Positions 50,266 to 58,131 of a DNA stretch of 64,000 nucleotides are shown here, one piece after another. The notes under the pieces were generated by a model, which saw nothing but the letters and a program-made list of their open reading frames with translations, made no database searches and was not told the origin of the DNA. A program made the position numbers and the translations under genes. Source of the stretch: a virus. Position 1 is the first letter of the stretch, and each line of letters begins with the position of its first letter. The stretch spans positions 74,209-138,208 of IMG/VR virus record IMGVR_UViG_3300002092_001548. One strand, given 5' to 3'.

Positions 50266-50943
50266 ATGTACGATCTAAAAGAAATTTATCCAAGAGTTTT
50301 TTTGGTCACAATGGATAATTCATACGATTTGGCAATGACCTTTTGTCGGGCACAGGAGTTTTACGAATCTCCATATAAAGAAATTAGGGGTAAAAATTTT
50401 AACATGGTAGAGTTCCAAAGACTTTACACCATGCGCCGGGGCGAATCATGTTTCGCATATCCCGAAGACTGGTGTGGGTTCAATGTTCCTAGTAATGCAA
50501 TTTGGAATCTTTATTACTCTAATAAGATAGAAGACTTAAACCAATACGATACTATTTTCCATAAAATAATTGATAAAATAACTTGTGATACTAACAAAAA
50601 TGAATATAGGTATTACCTAATAGGTGCCGGGACCGGAGATGAACGAACAAAAAATCATGAGATTGCCCATGCATTTTATTATCTTCACCCATCATATAAA
50701 AAAGCTGCTAATAAGATTACAAGTCAACTTCCAGAAAAACTTTACAATAAATTCAAAAAACACTTGCTTGGTATCGGGTATTCTGATAAATCCATTAAAG
50801 ATGAAATTCAAGCATACCTATCCTCTGACCCAGAAAATCTCACAGAGATAAACGGAACTTCTGAAAGGGAAAACAAGATCATCAACAAAATATCTGAACA
50901 GTTAAAAAATCTAAACAATGAATATAGAACACGCAAAGGTTAA
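50266..50943 (+). CDS. hypothetical protein with HExxH motif
   Basis: RAQEFYESP, GFNVP, HEIAH, DEIQAY. Confidence 0.6.
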   Translation: MYDLKEIYPRVFLVTMDNSYDLAMTFCRAQEFYESPYKEIRGKNFNMVEFQRLYTMRRGESCFAYPEDWCGFNVPSNAIWNLYYSNKIEDLNQYDTIFHKIIDKITCDTNKNEYRYYLIGAGTGDERTKNHEIAHAFYYLHPSYKKAANKITSQLPEKLYNKFKKHLLGIGYSDKSIKDEIQAYLSSDPENLTEINGTSERENKIINKISEQLKNLNNEYRTRKG

Positions 50944-50986
50944 AAAAGTATTCGAAGAATATATCTAATAGGGTGTAAAACCCTGT

Positions 50987-51190
50987 ATGGAAGCACCCGA
51001 CCACAACACTGAAAAATGGACTGCATTTTGCAAAGATGACGAAGCGGCCGAAGAGCTTCTTCAACAAAAGTGCCTAATTCTTTCACAAAGAAAGCTAATT
51101 ATTAGCGCGAAAAAGCAGTTAATGGAATCAAAATCACATCCACATGGATTATTCATTTATAAGTTTGTGATTATTACTTCTCCTAAATAA
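50987..51190 (+). CDS. hypothetical protein
   Basis: ATG 8 nt after GTGTAA. Confidence 0.4.
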   Translation: MEAPDHNTEKWTAFCKDDEAAEELLQQKCLILSQRKLIISAKKQLMESKSHPHGLFIYKFVIITSPK

Positions 51191-51231
51191 AGATTGATTT
51201 AATAACCAATTTTGTCTAGTATACTTATAGT

Positions 51232-51307
51232 GCGCAAGTAGCTCAGGGGTAGTAGCGTTTCTTTTACACGGAAAATGTCGGGGGTTCAAATCCCTCCTTG
51301 CGTACCA
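51232..51307 (+). tRNA. tRNA-Val(TAC)
   Basis: GCGCAAG/CTTGCGT, ttTACac loop, A73, CCA. Confidence 0.88.
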
Positions 51308-51326
51308 AAAAAGTGTAATTAATCCT

Positions 51327-51755
51327 ATGCCTATTATAACTGTAGATTTTGACCATACTCTTGCCCACGAGGAGGCAACAGCGCATGGGGCGTGGTTATA
51401 TATTAGCAGTGGAGCACTTGTTCCTATTCAAAAAATTTGTGATCTTGTAATTGAAAAAGCAAAAGAAGGAAACCAAATTGATATTGTTACCTTCCGAGAG
51501 GATAAAGATATTGCAGAAGTTCGCGCATTTGTTAAACGTCAAAAACTCCCAATTACCGATATCTATAATACGGACAGCAAACCAAAGACTCATATTTTAA
51601 AACATTTAAAGTCCACACTACATATTGATGATTCCCTAGCCGTAGTTGTATCGGCAGAACAGGCAGGAATTCCTTGTCTTTTAGTCAATGGTAATGGTGA
51701 ATATGACAATAATTCTACGGCAGACCTGTTTAATCAGATCAAAGTTAATTATTAA
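51327..51755 (+). CDS. HAD-superfamily phosphatase
   Basis: VDFDHTL, IVT.R, K, HIDD. Confidence 0.8.
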   Translation: MPIITVDFDHTLAHEEATAHGAWLYISSGALVPIQKICDLVIEKAKEGNQIDIVTFREDKDIAEVRAFVKRQKLPITDIYNTDSKPKTHILKHLKSTLHIDDSLAVVVSAEQAGIPCLLVNGNGEYDNNSTADLFNQIKVNY

Positions 51756-51815
51756 ATTAATAGTTATTTAATTATTTAAATAGAATTCGTTCCAAAATTT
51801 GAATAGAATTTGGTA

Positions 51816-52058
51816 ATGGAAATCAAATCTCAATCATCCGAATCAAATCCAGCACCACAAACTATTTTTCCATGGATTGGTAGGCATATCGACAAGAATG
51901 GGCCGATTGTATTTTTTCATTCCGAATTTAAAGGAATTGTTATTGATGGCGGAGTAACGAACGACGGTCTAGTTTGCGCAGTTGGACAATATAGTGAGGC
52001 ATGGTCTATGGTCAAATTTAAAGAATTTAAAGGCATTGTAAAAATTGTTTCAGAATAA
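51816..52058 (+). CDS. hypothetical protein
   Basis: ORF. Confidence 0.5.
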   Translation: MEIKSQSSESNPAPQTIFPWIGRHIDKNGPIVFFHSEFKGIVIDGGVTNDGLVCAVGQYSEAWSMVKFKEFKGIVKIVSE

Positions 52059-52060
52059 GT

Positions 52061-52402
52061 GTGCGGCCCGTAGAAGCCCGTGTAATCAAGGTGTCGGGGG
52101 TATGCCTCCATTTTTTTCTTGAAACTAACGACAAAATATCGCAAGATGTAATCATGTTGAAAAGAACTGGATGGACAAATGAAGAGGTTATTTCTTTTAT
52201 TGAGGGGAATATGATTTCGTTAGATCAGTCAGTATCAGACGAGGATCGCGACTGGATTACTGAACACAATTCTATTATTGAAAAATGCACTGTTCAGTTT
52301 TATGACTTTATGGCAGATCCAGAAAAATCATATAGTGCAATGTCTTATGATACCGAAGATAAACAGGTATATGTTATAAGTGACAACAGACTTCCCCAGT
52401 GA
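52061..52402 (+). CDS. hypothetical protein
   Basis: Packed ORF. Confidence 0.5.
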   Translation: MRPVEARVIKVSGVCLHFFLETNDKISQDVIMLKRTGWTNEEVISFIEGNMISLDQSVSDEDRDWITEHNSIIEKCTVQFYDFMADPEKSYSAMSYDTEDKQVYVISDNRLPQ

Positions 52403-52590
52403 CTAAAAGGGAATACAAGAAAAAACTCAACGCCCTAACAAATGAGCGTGATAAATTATCAATTTTAATTCAAAAATCAAATACCTATTTGGATAACCTC
52501 AAACAAAATTACAACATGTTGGGTTTTAAAATAAAAGAACTTAATAATAAATATGAAAAAAAGCCCGACCAAACAAGTAGAGATGATTGA
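52399..52590 (+). CDS. small coiled-coil protein
   Basis: Packed ORF with heptad pattern. Confidence 0.45.
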   Translation: MTKREYKKKLNALTNERDKLSILIQKSNTYLDNLKQNYNMLGFKIKELNNKYEKKPDQTSRDD

Positions 52591-53062
52591 GATCCTAGAC
52601 ATCCCGCAATATATTCTTGTTGACGCAATTAAACGCTCCAAAAAATTAGGAAGGCTACATAACAGTATTACTAAGGGCGCGGGTAATATAATAGGTTATA
52701 TTGGTCAAGCATTAGTGGCCCGGCACCTCAAGGCGCAAGATGCGGATACTTTTGAATATGATGTTGTAAAAGATGGCGTTCGTTACGAAGTAAAAAGCAA
52801 AAGTTGTACTAGTAGACCCCGACCGGATTACGACTGTTCAGTCTCAGGTGCAAATGCCGAACAAGAATGCGACTACTATGTTTTTGTGCGTGTTATGCAA
52901 GATTTCTCAAAAGCATGGATATTGGGAAAGAAGAAACCAAAAAAGTATTTTAAAGAGGCGCGATTCTGTAAGAAGGGAGAGAAAGATGAAAAAAGTCATT
53001 TAGGTTGGAAATTTAAAGGTGATTGTTACAATTTAGATATCGCATCTTTAGATCCCATATAA
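52553..53062 (+). CDS. putative PD-(D/E)xK nuclease
   Basis: YD..(x)..YEVKSK, DYYVFVRV, AWILG. Confidence 0.6.
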   Translation: MKKSPTKQVEMIEILDIPQYILVDAIKRSKKLGRLHNSITKGAGNIIGYIGQALVARHLKAQDADTFEYDVVKDGVRYEVKSKSCTSRPRPDYDCSVSGANAEQECDYYVFVRVMQDFSKAWILGKKKPKKYFKEARFCKKGEKDEKSHLGWKFKGDCYNLDIASLDPI

Positions 53063-53067
53063 TAATT

Positions 53068-53193
53068 ATGAGTGAACAAAAATCAACAGGCGCCGGGAAA
53101 GGAGACAAGTTACGCCCAACGGATAAAAAGAAATGGGATGCAAATTTTGATTCAATTAAGTGGCCCTCGAAAGAAAAGAAAAATAAGTCTTGA
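53068..53193 (+). CDS. 41-aa phage microprotein
   Basis: Below the ORF-track cutoff; MSEQKSTGAGKGDKLRPTDKKKWDANFDSIKW. Confidence 0.55.
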   Translation: MSEQKSTGAGKGDKLRPTDKKKWDANFDSIKWPSKEKKNKS

Positions 53194-53227
53194 TGATACA
53201 TACAAAAAGATCTAAAATCGTATAAAT

Positions 53228-53304
53228 GGAATCATAGCTCAGTTGGTTAGAGCATCGCACTGTCACTGCGAGGGTCAGGGGTTCAAGTCCCCTTGGTTCC
53301 GCCA
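53228..53304 (+). tRNA. tRNA-Asp(GTC)
   Basis: GGAATCA/TGGTTCC, ctGTCac, G73, CCA. Confidence 0.92.
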
Positions 53305-53315
53305 CTTTCAAAAAC

Positions 53316-53870
53316 ATGCACAATGCCTTTTTAATAGCTGATCCTCATTTTTCGCATGAGGGTGTTTGTAAGTTCCTAAGAGATGACGGAACGAAGCTAC
53401 GCCCGTGGGATAATGCCGCCGAAATGGACGAGATCATGATTGAGAACTGGAACAAGGCTGTAAGGCCTGTTGATAAGGTTTATGTTTGCGGCGACGTAGT
53501 AATGAAGGCGAAGAAGCAAATTCCAATTTTGAATAGACTTAATGGAAAAAAGGTTCTAATCAAAGGAAACCATGACATAGGTGAGCTAAAAGTTTATCTT
53601 CCCTATTTCTACGATATCCGGGCCTTTCATATTCTTGATAACTTTTGTATTACTCATATTCCTATTCATCCAGATTGTTTGGGTAGGTTCAAGGGCAATA
53701 TTCATGGACACATTCATCAGAGGACTATTATGATGGAGCATGCTGGCTTTAGAGTACCTGACCCTAGATACTTCTGTATTTCTGCCGAGCAGATCGACTA
53801 TACTCCTATCGAGTGGAATGACCTTCGCAAGAAGTTCTACTCACAACTAGGATTACAAATTACAAATTAA
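53316..53870 (+). CDS. calcineurin-like phosphoesterase
   Basis: DPHFSH, GD, GNHD, HIP, HGHIH. Confidence 0.9.
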   Translation: MHNAFLIADPHFSHEGVCKFLRDDGTKLRPWDNAAEMDEIMIENWNKAVRPVDKVYVCGDVVMKAKKQIPILNRLNGKKVLIKGNHDIGELKVYLPYFYDIRAFHILDNFCITHIPIHPDCLGRFKGNIHGHIHQRTIMMEHAGFRVPDPRYFCISAEQIDYTPIEWNDLRKKFYSQLGLQITN

Positions 53871-53943
53871 AGGACTATAGCTCAGTTGGTAGAGCGGCAT
53901 GTTGATAACGTGTTGGTCGGGGGTTCGAATCCCTCTAGTCCTA
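53871..53943 (+). tRNA. tRNA-Ile(GAT)
   Basis: AGGACTA/TAGTCCT, ttGATaa, A73; no encoded CCA. Confidence 0.9.
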
Positions 53944-53962
53944 TTATTGTGTAATAAACTTT

Positions 53963-54181
53963 ATGACAAACATTGAACTATCCTCCGATGTCGTTCTAAT
54001 CTCACGATTTATTTTATTCTTTTTTGCATTGATGTTTATTAGTGGCCTATGCTTTATTTTTAAGCCACTTAAAAAAGTAATTAAAAGAGCGCGCAAGGCA
54101 TCAAGAAGACATAAAGCTTGGAAGAAAAATAAGTTGACTCAAAAGCAAAATTCCCATACAATTGGGAATGGAAATAATTAA
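53963..54181 (+). CDS. small membrane protein
   Basis: One TM plus basic tail; GTGTAA-N8-ATG. Confidence 0.5.
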   Translation: MTNIELSSDVVLISRFILFFFALMFISGLCFIFKPLKKVIKRARKASRRHKAWKKNKLTQKQNSHTIGNGNN

Positions 54182-54377
54182 AGACACGCTATTCGCACTC
54201 GAAGTTCTTTGGGCCGTTGCTATTTGTGCTGCCGCCTTTATCTCACATAAATTTTACCATGATGATGTTGAATCATATATGGATAATTGTCACCCATTGT
54301 TTATTATCTTCTTGGGCCGGGGCGTTTGGCTATTTGGAATTTCTTTTCTCATTTATTTAATTCCATTCATTCGATAA
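54168..54377 (+). CDS. small two-TM protein
   Basis: Hydrophobic; TTGACT-N17-TACAAT just upstream. Confidence 0.5.
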   Translation: MEIIKDTLFALEVLWAVAICAAAFISHKFYHDDVESYMDNCHPLFIIFLGRGVWLFGISFLIYLIPFIR

Positions 54378-54435
54378 AAAGAATTGACACGGGGAATAAA
54401 TTGTATAATAATATATACATACTGATAATTACTGA

Positions 54436-54481
54436 GTGTAATTAACTTTTACTAGGAATATTCCTAGAATGATCTTTGATA
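54436..54481 (+). promoter_or_regulatory. tmRNA leader: GTGTAA, 16-bp palindrome, boxA-like TGATCTTTGATA
   Basis: GTGTAA 54436; CTAGGAATATTCCTAG 54452-54467; TGATCTTTGATA 54470-54481. Confidence 0.65.
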
Positions 54482-54491
54482 ATAAAATTTT

Positions 54492-54924
54492 GGGGGCGTA
54501 CTGGCTTCGACTCATATTCGGAGTTTGTATAGCATGCAGTAGTTGATCTGTGGCTACTTAAAAACGGATTAAAAACTAAACGCAAAGGCAATAACCAATG
54601 CAGTTAGCGCAGTTAAGTCAGCAATGACAAATGTTGTAGAATTCTTCTGCGAAGAAGAGAGCTACGCATTAGCCGCCTAACTCTAACAGAGGATCCTATT
54701 AAATCTTTTAGAAATCGTAGTAGGTTGAGTTAATCATGTGTTACTCGTTAAATAAGCATGAGGGTGTCTGTAGACTCTTCACTATAGAAGGTAGGACTCA
54801 AAACATGGATGGGTTAACAAGCCCTCGCAACCTTTAGTCAACCAAATGCGGAATTTGTTTAAGCATGTAGAAGTATAAATAAAAAAGTATGAACACGCGG
54901 GTTCGAATCCCGCCGCTTCCACCA
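54492..54924 (+). ncRNA. ssrA: tmRNA
   Basis: 5' GGGGGCG..TTCGAC; pk1 GTAGTT/GGCTAC plus GATCTGT/ACGGATT; tag frame 54582-54680 ending YALAA*; 3' T-arm GGTTCGAATCC and ACCA. Confidence 0.93.
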
Positions 54925-55004
54925 AGTTGTTAGTATTATCTACTAACTGAAGAGCAAATGAAGTAAAGGCTAATGAGATAAAAATAAAACTTCAATAATT
55001 TTAT

Positions 55005-55075
55005 GCCTGACAAGCATTGTGGCGATGCCCCGGTTTTGTAAACCGGAAAGCAGGGTTCAATTCCCTGGTTAGGCT
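55005..55075 (+). tRNA. tRNA-Thr(TGT)
   Basis: GCCTGAC/GTTAGGC, CCGGT-ttTGTaa-ACCGG; A at position 8; no CCA. Confidence 0.8.
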
Positions 55076-55707
55076 GACTTTTTTCTGTTTCTTTTACTAT
55101 TCTTATTTAATGCCCTGAAGTTTGGAGTTAAACTATGACAATTGGGACAAAGTAATTCTAAGTTTTCTTCTTTTGAATTTGCTGCATCACCGTCAATATG
55201 ATTAACCTCTAAAGGAATTTTTTTAGTAGTAAAATTTATTTTGCACCAACCACACTTGCAACATTTTGAATTGAATTTTTCAAAAAGATATCTTCTAAGC
55301 CAAGGTGGTACTAACATTGTTTTTCCACTATATCCTTTATTCGTCCCATCTTTCCATTGTTTAATAACAGTCTCATTTTTTTCTTTTGCTTGACAGGAAT
55401 TGGAACAATATTTTCTATTAGATCTCGATGATCTAAATGTTACGGAACATTTTAAACATGTTATTTTCTTTTTTTCTTTTCTCACATTGTTAAAAATAGC
55501 ACTACATGAATGAGAACAAAATTTATTAAATCGTTTTTCATGGGAAATTGCACCTCCACATTGAAAACATTTTTTAGGATTATCATTATAATCATTAATT
55601 CTTTTTTGAGAGGCGGCTTGATGCAAGTTTTTAGTTTTTAACCATCCGAGAGTACCACACTCCGATTTAGAGAGTTTGCCTTTCTTGTTTATCGAATTGT
55701 CATTCAT
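55069..55707 (-). mobile_element. HNH homing endonuclease with Zn-finger repeats
   Basis: CxxC..FCSxxC repeats; LEVNHIDG..N..NLELLCPNCH. Confidence 0.85.
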
Positions 55708-55785
55708 ATCTATGAATACACTTATATAGTATCTTCGACTCTCAATTAAGGCATTTTAAATTTTTCTTGATATAAAAGTCAAATG

Positions 55786-55834
55786 GTGTAATAATCTATC
55801 TATAGTAGATTTATTTCTATATTGATCTTTGATA
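55786..55834 (+). promoter_or_regulatory. second stable-RNA leader: GTGTAA, hairpin, boxA-like TGATCTTTGATA
   Basis: GTGTAA 55786; AATCTA/TAGATT hairpin 55793-55811; TGATCTTTGATA 55823-55834. Confidence 0.65.
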
Positions 55835-55854
55835 CATTTTAAATTTCGGTTAAA

Positions 55855-55928
55855 TTTCCAATGGTGCGCCCGACCGAATGGCGCATCGAAACCAGAGGAA
55901 ACGTTTGCGAGAGTTCGTCGAAACTCGC
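55855..55928 (+). ncRNA. unannotated structured element
   Basis: TTTCC/GGAAA, TGGT/ACCA, GCGCC/GGCGC stems, then a GCGAG/CTCGC hairpin; GC-rich versus background. Confidence 0.45.
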
Positions 55929-55937
55929 CCCTTTCAT

Positions 55938-56012
55938 GCGTTGGTGGCAGACAAGAAATGCAGCAGTCTCCAAAACTGCCCCATGTGGGAGCGTTACCCA
56001 CCCAACGTGCCA
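55938..56012 (+). tRNA. tRNA-Trp(CCA), non-canonical D/T loops
   Basis: GCGTTGG/CCAACGT, GCAGT-ctCCAaa-ACTGC, T-arm GTGGG-AGCGTTA-CCCAC, G73, CCA. Confidence 0.75.
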
Positions 56013-56022
56013 ATTACGCAGT

Positions 56023-56244
56023 TCCTAATGTGTGCGCGTAACATCAGGAGGAAACTCCCATTAGGACGATTTTACATATTCGGAAGCCCCTCTCCCCGAT
56101 TGCAAGGTTAGGTGAAGGTCTCCGGAGTTCTTGGTGCATACAAAACTCAGACATAATTCGGGACGCTGAAGGTTCTGAGGACAAAAACACCATCCAATTT
56201 ATCAAACCTCCCGCGCCTCTTCAAGAATGCGTAATTCGGGAGGT
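56023..56244 (+). ncRNA. run of four unannotated structured elements
   Basis: TCCTAATG/CATTAGGA junction; CGGA..GCAA..TCCG hairpin; TGGTG/CACCA plus CTCAGA/TCTGAG rod with A-rich bubble; ACCTCCCG/CGGGAGGT stem. Confidence 0.5.
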
Positions 56245-56252
56245 ATTATTTC

Positions 56253-56327
56253 CGCAGAGTAGAGAACTGGTATCTCGTTACGCTCATAACGTAAAGGCAG
56301 TGGGTTCGATTCCCACCTCTGCCACCA
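56253..56327 (+). tRNA. tRNA-Met(CAT), initiator-like
   Basis: C1xC72 mismatch, G2-C71, C3-G70, A11-U24, A73, CCA; anticodon stem TTACG/CGTAA. Confidence 0.85.
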
Positions 56328-56332
56328 TTTTA

Positions 56333-56408
56333 GTTTCAGTAGTGAACTGGAATATCACGCAACGCTACGGACGTTGAGAACAAGGTTCGATTCCTTGCTG
56401 AAGCACCA
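56333..56408 (+). tRNA. tRNA-Arg(ACG)
   Basis: GTTTCAG/CTGAAGC, ctACGga, CCA. Confidence 0.9.
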
Positions 56409-56416
56409 TTTAGTAT

Positions 56417-56540
56417 ACTGAACGGGCCTCTGTACATACAAGCTATCTCACGTTCAGTTTTTTTTATGTGACAAAAAAACAGTAGACTTTTCGCGTTTTC
56501 ACTCCAAATCTAGCGTAAGCGGAACCCACTAGTAGTACCA
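56417..56540 (+). ncRNA. unannotated structured element(s) between tRNA-Arg and tRNA-Gly
   Basis: ACTGAACG/CGTTCAGT stem, T8/A7 hairpin, further stem; ends in ACCA. Confidence 0.4.
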
Positions 56541-56545
56541 ATTAA

Positions 56546-56617
56546 GGGAGTATAGCTCAATGGTAGAGCGTTTCGTTGCCAACGAAATTGTTGTGAGTTC
56601 GAGTCTCATTACTCCCT
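56546..56617 (+). tRNA. tRNA-Gly(GCC)
   Basis: GGGAGTA/TACTCCC, ttGCCaa, U73; no full CCA. Confidence 0.9.
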
Positions 56618-56679
56618 CGCTTGGAAATATCTATTTGATTATTTAATTGATATAGCAATATTTCAGTGTAAGTATATTT

Positions 56680-57198
56680 ATGCTTATAGATAAAAAATGC
56701 CCAGTTTGTGATAAACTGTTTCAATGGGGTAAAAATAGAAAAAAACAACAAATAACATGTTCCAGAAATTGTTCTAATACCTTTTTTAAAAGAAGGACTC
56801 CAGAAAAACCAATTAAATTTAATTGTGCAATATGCGATACGGAATCAATTAGGAGATACGGAAAAGCTAAAAATAAATTCTGTAGTCACGAGTGTTTTTT
56901 AAAAGATCTAAAGGAAAACACCTTATCTCGTTTTAACAAAGGAGAGGTACATCAAAGACCAACTTTAAGAAAGTTAATATCTGCTAGAAATGGATATAAA
57001 TGCAACTGTTGTGGTATAAGTAAATGGAATAATATACCTATAACACTTCAAGTCAATCACATTGATGGAAATTGCACAAATAACCTTCCAAAAAATTTAG
57101 AATTAATTTGCCCAAATTGCCACTCACAAACCCCAACGTTTGGTGGTCGTAACAAAGGGAGCGGTAGAAAAGCAAGGGGCCTACCAAGACATTTTTAA
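56680..57198 (+). mobile_element. HNH homing endonuclease with Zn-finger repeats
   Basis: CxxC..CSxxC repeats; LQVNHIDGN..NN..NLELICPNCH. Confidence 0.85.
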
Positions 57199-57286
57199 TT
57201 TACTGTTAATATAATAGTAAAGCATTAATCTTGTAGAATTTTTAAAATCTGCTTGACTTCTTTCTCTAAATTTTAAAAGATTAATT

Positions 57287-58097
57287 ATGATACATAAGCA
57301 TATTCAAAATACTTATAACCCCTTATGGCTACATGGCCAAGACAATGAAAAATGCTCATTATCTTTAAGTAAAAAATATAAATTATTCGAGAAAAAAAAC
57401 CCCAGATAGTTTAATACTATGCTTTTTCGGTAAGGGCCGAGCAATTAGATTCGATTTTTATAAAACACTAGTGAGCGGTATTGCAGCTAAAAATATGGAT
57501 GTAATGTTTATGGTGGATGTAGTTAACTTTTTTTACTTGTCCGGCGTACAAGGATACTCTAATAGTCTTCTCGAAACAATAGAGAAGTTATCAAAATTAT
57601 GCTTAGATAAAAAATATAAAAAACTTTATTTTATTGGCACCAGTATGGGTGGATATGGAGCTATACTCCATGCACTATTGTTCCCCAAGCTAGATGGTAT
57701 AGAAGAAATTAAATGTTTAGTTTTTAACCCATACACAGAAATCATAACAGCAGATTTTGAACTTGCAAAAAAAATATTTACCAATGAAGCAATTTTTTAC
57801 ATGCAGCAAAGAGGGATTCAGAAGGAAGCTTGTTATAAATTATTATTATCATATAATGAAAATTTTTTATCTTTAAAAAAAGTAATTAAAAACTATCAAT
57901 ATCAAGAACACGGCAAAACTTCAATTGAAGTTATTTATGGGCGTGAAAAAGTAGAGATTCAGAGAGTTTCAAACTTAATTGGATTTAAAGATTTAAAGCT
58001 TAATGATTATGATATTAAAGATCACAATATTGCCGGAGAGTTATGCAAACAAAAATTATTAACTACAATAATTAAGAATTTTATAAAGTGTACTTGA
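57287..58097 (+). pseudogene. alpha/beta hydrolase, frameshifted at an A8C4 tract
   Basis: GTSMGGYGA elbow. The ATG 57287 frame stops at TAG 57407; the hydrolase frame is open from 57369 and reads PDSLILCFFG after the tract. Confidence 0.6.
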
Positions 58098-58131
58098 ATT
58101 ATATCTGAATTTGTTTTATAATAGATAAAAT

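Noticed and set aside
50918-50989. Read-through from a 16-codon ORF across TAA-TAG into the 50987 ORF
   Set aside because: Two consecutive stops make read-through unlikely, and the downstream ATG has its own GTGTAA motif.
55756-56111. ORF-track proteins at 55756, 55829 and 55878 (also 49659, 56557, 58251, 59224)
   Set aside because: They overlap tRNAs or structured RNA and have no protein-like motifs; treated as spurious.
56023-56195. Hammerhead ribozyme, SRP RNA or c-di-GMP riboswitch
   Set aside because: The minus strand has CTGATGT without a correctly placed GAAA; the SRP CAGG..GGAA..AGCAG core is absent; GGGACGC is only a partial c-di-GMP-I match.
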